DNA from: Catajapyx aquilonaris
Taxonomy: Eukaryota
NCBI GenBank assembly: GCA_000934665.2
Contig: JYFJ02000610.1
Location: forward strand, 1-64,000
Reading direction: 5' to 3'
Length of the DNA stretch: 64,000 bases
The notes beneath the pieces are model-generated. The model saw nothing but the letters and a program-made list of their open reading frames with translations, was not told the DNA's origin and ran no database searches. Shown one piece after another: positions 1-13,390 of the stretch. The translations under genes were made by a program, and so were the position numbers. Numbering within the stretch: the first letter of the stretch is position 1; each line of letters begins with the position of its first letter.

Positions 1-126
1 ATTTTGGAAAGTGCGATTTATATAGGTTGGAACTTTGGAAGCGTCGAACAAAATAATTACTTGTGCTGCTCATCTATGAATTTAATATCAAAAATAGTAA
101 TCAAAATCATGAACACACAATTTGAA

Positions 127-129
127 TAT

Positions 130-164
<35 letters not shown>

Positions 165-480
165 TTAAATAAATAAATAAAAATTCAAATAAGGAGATAT
201 TCATTTATTCATTCATTCAGTTGTTATTAATTAATCAATTCATTCATTAATTCATTCAGTTAGTTGTTATTAATTAATCAATTCATTAATGCATTAATTC
301 ATTCAGTTAGTTGTTATTAATTCATTAATTAATTCAGTTAGTTGTTATTAATTCATTAATTCATTAATTCATTCAGTTAGTTGTTATTAATTCATTAATT
401 CATTAATTCATTCAGTTAGTTGTTATTTTATTTATTTAGTTGTTATTTATTTATTTAGTTAGTTAGTTAGTTAGTTAGTT
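127..480. repeat. compound microsatellite/minisatellite ((ATTT)n, (ATTC)n, (AGTT)n and an ATTAATTCATTCAGTTAGTTGTT unit)
   Basis: Tandem tetranucleotide runs and a repeated ~30-40 bp unit are directly visible. Confidence 0.9.
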
Positions 481-485
481 AGATA

Positions 486-714
486 TCTACTGTATAATAT
501 TAACTAGTATTTGCGAGGCTTCTGATTGACCCGCCGTGTATTGTTAGCGGCTTAGCGCGACTCTTCCGATTGGTCTCCGTCCTGCGTCTGCGCAATGGGG
601 GAAGGAACTCTTCAGTTGCTTACTGACTGGCGGCGAGTAAACATCGCGGACCGTCTCTCCCGACACCTTCCTCTACCGGCCTAAAAAAAGTGATCGAAGC
701 GAACGTTTTTCTAG
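486..714 (+). mobile_element. short non-autonomous Helitron-like element
   Basis: Begins A|TC, ends CTAG|T, no TSD. Similar to 57300-57520 (shared TATAATATTAA, CTGATTG, TATTGTTA, ATTGG, TGCGCAATGGGG, GCGA.CGTTTT.CTAG). Confidence 0.65.
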
Positions 715-765
<51 letters not shown>

Positions 766-802
766 TTCATTCATTCATTCATTTACTTACTTATTCATCC
801 TT

Positions 803-1240
803 AAAACTAACCCACCATGTTTAAACTGGATCTATGGGCCATCGTATGGTAATTGAAAACACTAAGCCAAATATTTTCCTTGCCTCATCTGAGGTGGCCA
901 ATCACACCTTGGTTATCGAAGTCGGCCAATGAGTGGAATTTATGCATATAGACTTATATTAAGTAATTTGTATTGGCAGCATATAACAAATAATTTGCAT
1001 GGTGCCAACGTATGAATTAAACCTATAAATAGCAATAAAAGTCATGAAGACAATTTCAACAGCAATAATGTATTTTTTAAAATTTTAAAAACTAAGAACC
1101 AACCCACCATGCTTAAAACTGGATCTATAGTAATTGAAAACAATAAGCCAAATTTTTCATTACCTCATCTCAGGTGGCCAATCACGCCTTGGTTATCGAA
1201 GTTGGCGGATGCGGATGGGTGGAATTTATGCATTTGTGTT
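803..1240. repeat. local direct duplication (~290-bp spacing)
   Basis: The block AACCCACCATG.TTAAA(A)CTGGATCTAT...GGTGGCCAATCAC.CCTTGGTTATCGAAGT occurs at ~809 and ~1101. Confidence 0.85.
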
Positions 1241-2159
1241 GGCAAAATTAAACATTAAAAATATTAATAAAAGATATGGAAGCAAAATTTCAACAATTAC
1301 AAAATATTACTTACAGTTAAAAAAATTCTATCAGACCCCAACGCCCTGTATACAATATGACGCCATATGTGCATGGCAATATAGTATGAGGGTACATGGA
1401 GGTCCAGGGCAATATTACCAACATAACTTCAGTGCGACCCCGAGTGGGGGAAATTTTGCTCTGGATGACAAAATTTTGGCAGCGATTATCAGCCACTTTC
1501 GTCACACCGTATATGCACCAAATTGCCGACATTAGAGCATCTCTCTCATGTGAAGTGCAGAGTAAACGTCACGGACAATACTAATCTTCGCAACAGATGG
1601 GCCATCCCAAATAGCCATTTCCGACGAGGTAGATAGTTATTTAATTAGGCGCCATACTTTTAGGCCATTGGGTCAATATGAGCCTGAATTAGTTGTCATA
1701 TGATCCCATGCTCTAGGAGAAGGTTCTAGTAAAATTATGTGAGGTACTTGGTGTTGTACGACACTATCTCAATAATCTTAAGATCCTACACTTTCTTAGA
1801 AGATCTTTTTGCCCAAAATGACAGACAGACAACACCTCCTTTTGCCTGATCCTCTGCGTCGAAAACGTGATCTGCTTCCCAATTCTGCTCTCTAGAGGTT
1901 AATGCTCTATGACTCACGTCACACAATCTCTCTTTTTCAGCTACCAGCCCATTTTTTAAGAGAAAAAAAAACCTTTTTCTGTTTTTTTGTAGAAACGAGA
2001 AAGGGTGAAGGTGAGACTACTATTTCTATGAAAAAATTGCTAGCTCTCTAGTTTTAACATGGCCTTTGATATGGAAATTCTTATTCTTCTATACACTACT
2101 GCCTTGCGAATCTTCATTGTAATAGTCACCTGCTGGTGCTTATTTTGCGAAGATAAAAT

Positions 2160-2875
2160 ATGATGGCAGCCATTTTGGGCGCATTTGGAAGCGCGTAGGG
2201 TGAACTGTTGATTCATTTTAATTATTTTTGTATAATTTTGTTTGTTTAATATTTTCGATTGATTAATAGGAAGTTAAGGGTTAATTAAAATTTTTGGTGG
2301 AGGTGTATTCATTAAAATCTCAGGGGCTGATAAAGAGGCGGACATTTTGGGCGAATTCGGAAGCGCGTTTTAAGTTATTTTGTATAATTTTGTTTGTTTA
2401 ATATTTTTGATTTATTAATAGGAATTTAAGGGTCAATTAAAAATGGTGATGAAAGTGTGTATTCATTAACATCTGATGGATTAATAAGGAGGCGGTCATT
2501 TTGGACGAATTCGGGAATTATTTTCTATAATTTGATTTATTTAGCATTTTAGTTTATCAATAGGCCTATTTGACCCCCCTCCCCCCTTTTTTAAATTTAC
2601 CCCGTGATAGGGCGGAGCCATTTTAGGGGTGAATGGGGAGGTTCCCGAGGGAGGGCGCTGTAATTATAGTCATTTCTGACTTTCTGATATACGCCAGACC
2701 TTTTCTCCTGGCCCTGGGCAGAATAGGGAGTGCAATTCTGCCCCGGAATGTCGGGTGAAACGCTTTGACCCCTTATAATAACAAGACTAATAAGAAAGCG
2801 GCCATTTTGGGTGCATTCGGAAGTGCCTCAGAATTTGTATAATTTTATTTATCATTTTAATTTATTTATAGGAGA
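2160..2875. repeat. degenerate tandem repeat (~160-170 bp, 4 units) interrupted by a SINE fragment
   Basis: GC.G.CATTTTGG.CG.ATT.GG.A...TTGTATAATTTT recurs at ~2166, 2338, 2491 and 2798. Confidence 0.75.
2587..2762 (-). mobile_element. 5'-truncated copy of tRNA-derived SINE family A
   Basis: Reverse complement matches the body and 3' end of 31009-31282 (CTGCCCAGGGCCAGGAGAAAA.GTCTGG...GTCAGAAATGACTA...CACGGGG). Confidence 0.85.
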
Positions 2876-4619
2876 TATTATTTAAGGCCAACTTGTGGCC
2901 AAGGGTTAACACTAATTTTTGATTCATTAAAAATTTTAAAACCTCTTGAGAATCTGAACTTGTTCGTACTTATTTCCAACTCCAGTTCTCTTTGTTCGTG
3001 TCTTCAGGTTTGGAAATTAAAAAAATATCCGTTGGCCACGTGGGAGCCTTACCAGGGTCAAATCAAATGACAAATGAGGCGTCCAAGCCAAAAACCGGGG
3101 GAGCCTTTGCCTCTTGGTCTTAATACCCGTTTGTCCCGGACTTCATGCCACCATCGATCTGCCCAAAATATGAAGCCTTCAAACTTTTTGGAGGTCTCTA
3201 GAGGTGGTGGGCCCGTTTTAGGCAACAGTGAAAACCAATTCCGTTCTTCATTTGGTATTCAGGGAACCAATAAAGAAGAAATTGGAGATCTTTTTGTCTT
3301 GACATTCGAAGAAGGTAGAAAGAGTTGGATTGTTTTTTTCTCTCTCTCTAGAACTATATGGAGTGTTAGAAAAATATTTTTTTCAATCCGTTTATTAACT
3401 TTTCCTAACGGTTTTGAAAAAAAAGGGGGGCTGACCCGATCGTTCAATTAACCTCAGTGCTGATCATTTCATGCCAAGCCACGCGAGCGATCCGTTTCAA
3501 ATTAATTTCGGCGGTTACCTAAAGGCAAAAGCGAAAACCTTAATATCCGCTTATAGTGGTTAGAGCCATATTAATTATTGATATCAAGTACTACGTGATA
3601 TTGGAAAATTATGCTGGAAAATTCATGGCGTTCAAAATCCAAATAGGCAGTACTATTTCAAAGTTGGATTACTGTACACTAGTGTACGCTCTAGTTGTTA
3701 CGAAGGTTGATGAATGGCAACTCTTGAACGGAGGGATGAATTTTGCATTAGCTTAAATAATGAGGTACTGTAGCTTCAACGTGATGGCAATCGTCGGATG
3801 GTTGGATCTGTCTAGTGTCTTGTCATTCAAAAGTACTATTCTAAAGCTAGTACTTCATAGTTTATTTAACCAAATTGACACATGTTCAACGCGCTAGAAT
3901 TATGTATGATTCCATTATGTTTATTGTGCAATTACAGTACGTCCCACTGAGACTACTGAATAATTGTTATTTTGTGTGTAATAATCATATGTTCTTACAT
4001 GAAAGTTTCATACTGAAGCTACACCATCACCATACGTGCATTATATTACAACTCTTCTTTGTGTCTCGAAACAATATTATGAGAAGCATCCAGAACCTGT
4101 TGTTATTAGGAAAGTTTTCATTTATGCAAAATATGCAAAACTCCAAAAGGCCCACCCTGACTTATTATTCTTGAACTTTCCTCTCGCCCTGTTTTATACT
4201 GCACAACTAGTATTCAGAAGGAAACACGAGATTTCTACATCATGGATGAGCCTTCTAGCATGGGGGGGTCCTCTCCAAGGCAAGGTCAGAAACGGAATGT
4301 CAAGCAGCTTGTGATTTGGGAGCCACCTTCTTCCATATAAGCCGCTTTATGACTTGCGTGTCCAGCTTGGCAAAACCCCCCTTTCCATTTGCTGAATTGC
4401 ACTTCTCACATCCACAAAAACCATCTTTTTTTTACCTGAGCTCACTTGCTTAGGTGCAAAATGTCGCCAACAACCCTTGCCAAAGAGACGGGGAGTAAAT
4501 CATTTATTTTCATTGGGTCTGCCCAACTCTAATGGAGATAAACAGTTTTGTTTTGAAACCAAGATTCCCCAATGAGGCTGTCATCCATATCGATCGTCTG
4601 TACTCAAGACACGTGCAAG

Positions 4620-5815
4620 TCTGAACTAATTTTGGCGGTTACGGCAGGTATGAACTTGTTTTGGACAGGATAGCTCCAGTTTTGACAGTTAAAAACCGTC
4701 CCAACCAGCTTTGACCTTTGGCTTTGGCCGATCCTAGCAGGTACAAACTTCTTCGGACAGGATAGGGCCAGGTCTTGACCGTTGGAAACCGTTATATAAG
4801 TCACCCTGCTAGATTATGACCGTTAAAATCGTTACGGATGTGTCCCTACCATATTTTGACCGTTACAGCGTCAGAGACTGGCCAGAGAGGTATCCCAACC
4901 AGGTTTGACGGTTTGGGTGTTGACCGTTACTAGCAGGTACGGACTTGTTCGGACAGGATAGGGCCAGTTCTTGACCGTTAAAATCCGTTAGACAAGTGAC
5001 TACCAGATCATGACGGTTAAAACCGTTCGAGATATGTCCAAACCATCTTTTGGCCGTTTTAAACGTTAAAGCGGGGTCCAAGAGGGTAATCACTTCGGTA
5101 TTCCGGTGTACACCTGCAAGTGGTATTCCTTGGTACTCCTTGAATTAGGTACTCCCTGGGTACTCCAGTGTACACTTTCCAGTCGAGTGGTTACCCCGGG
5201 TTACCCCCTTGGCGGTGTCCGGATCATCTTTTGACGGTTAAACCGTTAGAGCGGTGTCCCAACCAGTTTTGACGGTTTGGTTTTGGCCGTTACTAGCAGA
5301 TACTGACTTGTTCGTACAGGACATGGCTAGTCTTGAAAAATGACTGCCAGATTCTGACGGTTAAAATCGTTAGAGAGGTGTCCAAACCATATTTTGACCG
5401 TTAAAATCTGGTACAGAAGTGACCAGACCCTCTTTTTACGTTTTTGTGGTTTGGCGGTTTGGTTTTGCTGTTATTAGCAGACTGTGCTAACTTGTTTGGA
5501 GAGGATTTGGCCACGTTAGAAATAGTGTTATTCTTCTATAACAACGGTCAAAAGATGGTTGAGACACCTTTCTAACGGTTATCACCGGTGATACCGTGAT
5601 AACCGTTAGAAAGGTGTCCCAACCATCATCTGACTGCTAAATCGTTAGAGGGTGTCCCAACCAGCTTTTGACGGTTAAAACCTACTCTACTAGAGTCATT
5701 TAATGACTCTACTAGGTTTGATAACCGTTAGAAAGGTGTCCCAACCATATTCTGACTGCTAAACCGTTAAAGGGTGTCCCAACCATCTTTTGACGGTTAA
5801 AACCGTTAGAGGAAC
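4620..5815. repeat. degenerate minisatellite region (GACGGTTAAAACCGTTAGA...GTGTCCCAACCA units)
   Basis: The motif recurs many times, mostly on one strand, with an inverted segment at ~5540-5580. Confidence 0.8.
5079..5211. mobile_element. hAT-type MITE (CAAG.GGG terminus)
   Basis: TIRs CAAGAGGGTAA / TTACCCCCTTG. 8-bp TSD GCGGGGTC (5071-5078) / GCGGTGTC (5212-5219). Subterminal GTGTACAC at both ends. Confidence 0.75.
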
Positions 5816-7551
5816 GACCCTATGTAACGGATACCTGCAGACTAAACCCCAACTGAAAATGGAAACTCCGATTTTAATGTGCTGCATACCAAATGCGACT
5901 CCCTTGACAAACATCGGCTACGATTCCTCCTGCGTATGGAATCTCGCAATTCCTTTGACAGACATGTCAGATCTCTGAGAGTCTGGCTGGAAGGAACAGG
6001 ACCGAGTGAGCTGCTCATCTTGGGAACAGGTGCCTCCAGGATTTAATCCGACACTGCTCCTCACGAGACACTTTGCAAGCTCACTTGCATTAGCAAGGGT
6101 GGCTTTGACAAAGCCTAGCATTGAGGGGTGTTTCAATAGTCTTTAATGGTACAACGTTCTTTGGATTGATCAAACAGACTTTGTGTGTTTTGTACCAAAA
6201 TTTTGTGAACCTAAAATGGCGGAAATGTGTTCGTCACAACCTATTAAGTCATAAATTGCATAAATGCAAACACTTCATTCACAAGTTTGAATCAGCTGTA
6301 CGAAATGACACTTTAATCATCTAATTTTCGTCGCGTTTTTTCCCCCGTGCAAACAACATTGCACGCCATTTCTACATTTATGAATTTTTCATCTCACATC
6401 AACCTAGAAAATATTTCATATCAGCCCCCCAGTAATGAAGTGTCGCCCTCGCAAAATGTAATGAGATCTGCTTATCATTGTAAATCCCAAATCCTGCAAT
6501 ACTGGCACAAAATGAAAATTTCCACATGCGCCATCTACATGCTGCGTTCCAAAAATTTTGGGCAGGACTTAATTCAACCCGGAACTCAGGCTTCCAACTA
6601 GATATGACATCAAAGGGAAAAAAGGGTTGTTCTATGCGACACAAAAATGAACAAAAGGAACCTTTGATCCCCCCTCCATATTGTCCTACGAGTTATCTTT
6701 AACACTCTTGAATCTCATCCAAAAATTCCCTCTAGGATTCTATTTTAAAAAAATGGGCCAGCTCATAGGGCGTATCCCATGAGGTGTCCATCAGGAACGT
6801 GAAAGGTAAATAAAAATTTATCATCCTTTTGGGACACCCCCCCTATCTCAATATGAGGGAATTAAAATTGGAACCACCCCTACCACAATCAATAGTCATT
6901 ACTTCCCCTCCCCTAACCTCTAACCTGCGCAGTAAAAACAGTTAGTAATTAATCTTCAACCGCAAAAAAATAGATTGCCACAACAATTCGGTTACTATAC
7001 ACTTAATGTCACCAAAAAATTGGACAAGTGTCAACCAGTGACAATAGATCGCGTGTTATTTTTATTAACAATAATCTGTGGAAATAATAGCTTTGAGACT
7101 ATTGGAACCAGTTTTTCATTAGTATTAATGAGAGTTAGGCGTGTAAGATTGCAGCCAGGGATTTGACAAGAATATTGAAAAATAAGGTCTCCGCCATTTT
7201 TTGTGGGTGACATTTTTTGATTAATTTAAAACCTTCTTTAAGAAGTCCGGATGTAACTCTTCACACGTGTACTTAATGTGAAATTTGCGTGGGTTCGTTT
7301 TTTTTATGAGCCTGGTTCTTGTTTAATTGATAAGAAGTGTTCTATCCAATCCATCATACGTTGGTGGGTCTATCCTTGGATACTGCACGTGAGCAATAAA
7401 AGCTCATAAAAGGGTGCTAGGACTCTAATTGCGCTTTTGTGTATAGTGCATAGCGTACCTAAAAATTACACATGACGTGAGATATTATTAATAGGCCTCT
7501 GTACAAAACTGAGCGTTTTAAAAAATAGGATATGTTCATAGTACTTGTCAG

Positions 7552-8316
7552 TAGGGCTGTGCGATATCCGAAATTGCATATCGACTTTCGATATTGAAAA
7601 ATATCGAATCGAAGCCGATATATCGTAAATTAGCGAAACCCGACATCGAACCGACATCGAATTGACATCGAAAAATATCGAAAACCGACATCGAACCGAC
7701 TTCAAAAAATATTGAAAATCGACATCGAACCGACATCGAAAAATATCGAAAACAGACATGGAAAAGTATGGCAATCCGACATCGAACCGAAATCGAAAAA
7801 TATCGAAAACAGACATCGAAAAGTATCGAAAACCGACATCGGAAAATAGGGAAAACCGACATCGAAAAATATCGAAAACCTACATCGAACTGACATCGAA
7901 AAGTATCGAAAACCGACTTCGAACCGAAATCGTAAAATTTCGAAAACCGACATCGAACTGACATCGAAAAATATCGAAAACCGACATCGAACCGACATCG
8001 GAAAATAGGGAAAACCGACATCGAAAAATATCGAAAACCTACATCGAACTGACATCGAAAAGTATCTAAAACCGACATCGAACCGACATCGAAAAATATC
8101 GAAAACCGACATCGAACCGAAATCGAAAAATATCGAAAACAGACATCGAAAAGTATCGAAAACCGACATCGAACCGAAATCGGAAAATATCGAAAACCGA
8201 CATCGAAAAATCGCGATATTCGCTACATCGCACATGCCAAGCGTCGGATATCGCAACTTAGATATTAGGAAAATATCGTATCGACAGTCGATGTATAGAA
8301 ATATCGCACAGCCCTA
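7552..8316. mobile_element. hAT-type MITE (TAGGG terminus) with an internal CGACATCGAA minisatellite
   Basis: 16-bp perfect TIR TAGGGCTGTGCGATAT / ATATCGCACAGCCCTA. Perfect 8-bp TSD CTTGTCAG (7544-7551, 8317-8324). Confidence 0.93.
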
Positions 8317-8854
8317 CTTGTCAGCTGAAATATAATTTTGGGTTGTCAAATGTGTAATCACATTATGTAAACATTATTTACAGTAGGTGCAAACAACCTC
8401 GCTAGCAAATGAAATTATAATATTTGAGGCACACTGTAATACCAGGTTCTTTGTTAGCTGCTGGGTATTACAACCCGAATTGGTTAATTCCTAGGCTAGA
8501 TTGTAGTTTTTCTCTCCCAACCATCCGTTCTCTCAGGACACTATCTGACTGAAACAAGTGCTAAATTAATGTACAGCCCATATCTGTCCCGCGTAAGGCA
8601 TTTTACGAGCCACTATATCACGCTGGTACAGCCTGTAAGCTAAGTGCACACAACAGATGCGCGTGACAGCCTCAACTTATCCAGGAGAATGAGGCCAACT
8701 TGCAAGCGCTTGCGTTTTTTTTTCTTGCTAGTTATGCAATTTTTTGATAGGGTCATTCATCAATCGTGATATATATATGGGAAATTTATGTTACAGATAT
8801 AAATTAGGCGACGTGTTTTGGCAAAACTTGTAAATTGCAAATGGGACACTATTT

Positions 8855-9155
8855 GAGGGTTGGTGGATCAAATCCTGAAAATTCACCATATTTTTTCTTC
8901 TTTTTAACATTATTTGTAGTAATTTATGTGACATGTGTGGTACATAATTGCACTATCCGCCTGATTTTAAATATTTAAATAAAATTTTAATGCTTAAGAC
9001 ATTAAAATCCATGACATAAAAGGGTAAAGCATTAAAATTGTATTTGTAAATTCGAAATCATGTGGATAGTGCAGTTATCACACATGTCACATAGATTACT
9101 AAATATAACGATTAAAATTGTGAATTTTCCGGATTTGATCTACCAACCTTCAGAA
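8855..9155. repeat. degenerate inverted repeat built from the TGAGGGTTGGTGGATCAAATCCTGAAAATTC repeat family
   Basis: The left arm (~8855-8995) is reverse-complementary to ~9027-9155. Further family copies lie at ~9290, 13108, 13284, 13611, 13820, 14410 and 14448. Confidence 0.7.
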
Positions 9156-9423
9156 TGCAGAAGGCTTCTTACGGAGTCACCTAACTAGCCATACACTTGG
9201 TTCTACCTATACATATAATATTTTAGCCTATTTCAGGTAGTCTAATTATTTTCAAAGCGATATTAAAATAACACTGCAATAAAAATATGGTAAATTTTCA
9301 GGATTTGATCCACCAACCCTCAGAATTCTGGAACTCATTTTATTGGCTTACCCTCTTAGTCATACACTTGGTTCTATCTACACACATAATTATAGCCAAT
9401 TTCGGTAGTTCAAGGGTTTTAAC

Positions 9424-9599
9424 CAAGGGGTTAGCAACTCCACAAAAAAGTGTAGGCCTATACCAGATCCTGGAACCCGGAGGTTCCACCCGATCCAGGC
9501 TGGCTCCACCGGGTTCCAGGCCGGTTCCAGGCTGGTTCCTTGGCCAGGGTGTACACTCTGTACAGTGTACACCGGTTCCAGGGAGTTGCTAACCCCTTG
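9424..9599. mobile_element. hAT-type MITE (CAAGGGGTTAGCAACTCC TIR)
   Basis: 18-bp perfect TIR. Perfect 8-bp TSD GTTTTAAC (9416-9423, 9600-9607). Second copy at 38730-38944. Confidence 0.93.
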
Positions 9600-9757
9600 G
9601 TTTTAACCCAGATATGACTGAATTATTTTTTATTTAATTTTTAAAATATCATTATGAGAAAATAAAGAACTAGCATAATGACTAAAATATGACAACTGTA
9701 CAAGTGTCCTACATATAGGAAGCTATCTTGTTTAAATGTATAAATTTTTTTAAAAAA

Positions 9758-10135
9758 GGTCAGATGACGGTTACGACCGTTTGTTACGCTGGCTCATGGA
9801 CTTCAGCAGGCGAGATATCAGAAAGAAGCTATTTACTGCAGCAAATCGCTCAAAATCCGCCAAAGTTTGACTTTGTGAGTTTTACTGTATTCTGACGAAA
9901 TGTTCCATGCATTAATCACCTGAAAGAAAATGGCCAGTTGACGAATACGACTCTTCGTTATGTTGGCTCATGGAATCACCAGGCGATTGATCCGAAAAAA
10001 GTTTTATTTACTTGTAAAAATAGCTCAAAATCCACCAAATTTTAACTTCATGAGTTTTTCCATATTCTGACAATATGCACCCTCTATTAATCACCTGAAA
10101 GAAAATGGCCAGGTGACGGATACGCCCCTTCGTTG
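9758..10135. repeat. tandem repeat (~170 bp, about 2.3 units), with a related copy at ~18005-18150
   Basis: GCTCATGGA...GCTCAAAATCC.CCAAA.TTT.ACTT..TGAGTTTT...ATTAATCACCTGAAAGAAAATGGCCAG is repeated. Confidence 0.75.
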
Positions 10136-11235
10136 ATGAAGTTCAATATCAGCACCCCCTGTCGACTACTCCAAAATTAGCCCGTCTATTTCCAGATTTT
10201 ACCTTTCCACGCCTGTCAAATCCCCCTGAATGGTCATAAGCTGACCCTATACCTGGTACCCATTAACTCCTGAGCGTACATATCGATTATACCCTTCAGA
10301 AAGGCAAGTGGGCAAACAAGGCACTGCCATTGCACGCCACGTCCACCTCTTTCCTTTAAAGCCCCATCTCATCATGGCCCTAAGAATCACTCTGCTTTTC
10401 TACAGAAATCCCCTTGATGTTAGAGTCATAAGCCGGCATCTGGGAAATTTGCAGAAAGTGGTTTTGGAGAGGAATTAGGCCAGCCTGCATCTAACTTTCT
10501 AACTCCTATAGTAGAGGGTAGCATTGAAGCAAAGAGCCTTCCAGATTTGAGGGAAATAACATACAGAATCGCGTTCACAATAAGGTATGTAAATCAAGTG
10601 CTCAAGGATGGAGAACTAATTGGGCGGTTTCCCCTCTAGCGATAAGGCAGGTAACTGCATCTGCTTTGATTTAGAGATGGCGCTGAGGTGGTGGTGCTTG
10701 CAAAAGCAGAGTGGAGTATTTATTGCTGAGGACAACGAGCGTCCAAATTGGGGGAGGCTGCAAGGAGGACAAAGCCTATGATGCAGTTTGTCCAAACCAA
10801 CAACCAAAATTGAGTTAGAGTTATTGTTCTTCAAAAGAAACTCAAGAAAAATGATTGTCGACTCCACAAAGTTCTCAAAGAAAGTAGGATAGTGAAGAAA
10901 ATGATAACATTTCGTACTGTTGTAATATTATGCCATGTTTTAAGGGTATTTTTAAGTTAGTGTTTGCAATACACTAATGCAATTATGGGATTTTCTCGAT
11001 AAGGTGTGCAAATTATTTGGCTGCACTATCATATCGGGAGACCCAGAACTTTTACCTACTTTCCTGGTCTTGGAAGCACATTATCTCGGTAACTATGTGT
11101 AGGAGACACGTGTTGCATATACTCAAAGTGATCGCCTAGAACCCATCTATCATTTCCCAAAGCGACGATAGGCGAAATTTACGAACTTGGTATACAATAT
11201 AATACATCGGTAATATAACCACGTATATTATGGTA

Positions 11236-11265
11236 CTATAGCAGGATACCCGGCGTTGCTCGGGT
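11236..11265 (-). mobile_element. Helitron-like 3' terminus (hairpin plus CTATAG)
   Basis: Minus strand reads ACCCGAGCAACGCCGGGT-ATCCTG-CTATAG|T, a GC-rich hairpin ~12 nt before the end. The 5' end was not identified. Confidence 0.5.
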
Positions 11266-11334
11266 TATGAAATACTTTTCAGTAGGAGTAACTCATTGGT
11301 TTGGTAGTTACCTTTGCAATTATGGCTATGCTGC

Positions 11335-11597
11335 CATGGACCTATGGTTATACTATGGTTATACTAACCATAGTATATAACCATAAGTTCATGGCATTTA
11401 AGGTGTCCTATAAACACCTTAAATGCCATGAACCTATGGTTATACTTTGGTTATACTATGGTTAGTATAACCATAAGTTCATGGCATTTAAGGTGTCCTA
11501 TAAACACCTTAAATGCCATGAACCTATGGGTATACTATGGTTAGACTATGGCTATGGTTATGGCATAGGTTAGGCTATGGTTAAGCTATGGTTATAC
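11335..11597. repeat. tandem hairpin array embedded in a (CTATGGTTATA) minisatellite
   Basis: A ~31-bp stem with a CCTATAA loop occurs at 11376-11444 and again 90 bp downstream. Confidence 0.85.
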
Positions 11598-11905
11598 TGC
11601 AAGAAATTTAGAAACGTAATAATTAGTGTTCCAGGCGTCACCCTCCACATACATACGTTGTGAAATATGTATAAGATAAGAAAACGAGTGTGTGTACTAT
11701 ATTGGACCAAAGATGGCGTCCACCATAGGAGCTGAGGGACCTAACCCTCCAACATACAAATGGGGAGTGTGAGTTAAGTGTGAGTCTTCTTCTCTGCCAT
11801 CTTCTGGTTGGGTATGGAAACTTGGAGATTCTGACATAGTCCACCATGCGACGCTGCTTTTCTGCCTTTCGCCTCCTGCGGACAAGGATGACCTCGGAGG
11901 TCAAT

Positions 11906-12125
11906 TCCAATGTGCTAAAAACCTTCCCAATTAAAAACTACCCCTAATGATCGACCTGGGGCATATGTCGAGGCCTCCGTATTGATTTGCATAGGGAACA
12001 TACAGATGTCATAATCTTATTACATCTGTATGTTCCCTATGCAAATTAATACGGATACCTCCACATATGCCCTAGGTCGATCATTAGGGGTAGTTTTTAA
12101 CTGGGAAGGTTTTTAGCACATTGGA
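11906..12125. mobile_element. 220-bp palindromic foldback/MITE-like element, superfamily unassigned
   Basis: Arms of ~105 bp (TCCAATGTGCTAAAAACCTTCCCA...ACATACAGATGT / ACATCTGTATGT...TGGGAAGGTTTTTAGCACATTGGA) with few mismatches. No clear TSD. Confidence 0.7.
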
Positions 12126-13390
12126 CCAAAGTTTGCCATTTTAAATTGCCATCAAAATTTTGAAACCATTGTCAGACACTACTAGGAAGAACAAAGTGAC
12201 AGAACTTAGTTGGCCCACACTCCTGGTTATACCTGTTAAAATTGTCCTCAAGGTTCTCAGTCTCCAAAACAATTCAAAGTAATGAAGCAGTGCAATAACT
12301 CTCATGCACATCGACCTACCACAGCGCAAGAACAAAGTCGAGTTAATAAACGCCGTCACAATTAAGCGAGGAAACTTCAAGGTAGTAATGCGTCTACCCT
12401 TCCGTCCCCTGGAGCTCTCGCCAAAATACTTTCACATGGAGCAGAAAATCTGGCCCGGTAAGCTGTTTGTCTTAATTAAAATGTAAGTAGCCGTAATAAG
12501 AGAAGCAGTAGGGCGAGGCTCGATCGTTTCAAGACATAGAAACATGTTTCTAAGAAGCAATGAAGCAAAGAAAAATTGGAATCAGAATCGGCTGCCGATT
12601 GTATCTTCAAAAGAATCCATGCACCGTCGGAGGTATAATCGTGCTTGGAATTATTCATCGTTTTTCTGGAGAAAAACCTGGTGGAAAAAGCACAAGTAAA
12701 GAGTTTTCTCCCCCCTTTAATTGGCAGCATGGTTCTCTCGTTCCTTCTAGCAGGGGTTTTCTTTCCATTCCAGGCTTTTAATTCAGAGCCACGCAGGCAC
12801 CGTGTTCACGGAGCTTGCTTTCAAATTAAGAACAAAGTTTTTGGAACGACGATTAGTGCTGCCTTTTCATTATTTTAAGTTATAGCTAGGACTCCACCCA
12901 TTTTTCAAACTCTTTGTGGGTTGTATACCGGTACAGTGTGTGGTTCAAATGAATTTGTGCCAGGAGACTGTGCAGGGAACTGTAACATCACTTTTTAGTA
13001 AGAAGTCAGCAACTTACTGTTAGACACTGAAAATATGCTAAAATAATGTATTCAGGTAGAACTAAGAGGATGGCTAAGAAGGTAAACCGATAAAACTCTT
13101 TCCAGAATTCTGAGGGTTGATGGATCAAATCTTGAAAATTCGCCTTATTTTTTCTAATTATAATCGTTGTAATATCGTGTTAACATACTTTATACTACCG
13201 AAAATTGGCGAAAATATGCGAAAAATAGGCGAAAATATATGTAGGTAGAACCAAATGTGTGGCTAGGTAGGTTATCTCGTAAAGTTGGTGGATCAAATCC
13301 TGAAAATTCGCCATGTTTTCTTATTGTAAACGTTATATTTTAATATCGTTTTAAATAACTCTTAAACTACGAAAATGGGATTTAATTATA

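Noticed and set aside
7466..8256. Overlapping 116-184 aa ORFs (MSVFDIFRCRFDV... repeats)
   Set aside because: They are translations of the CGACATCGAA minisatellite inside a TIR/TSD-bounded MITE and are open in several frames because the repeat lacks stops.
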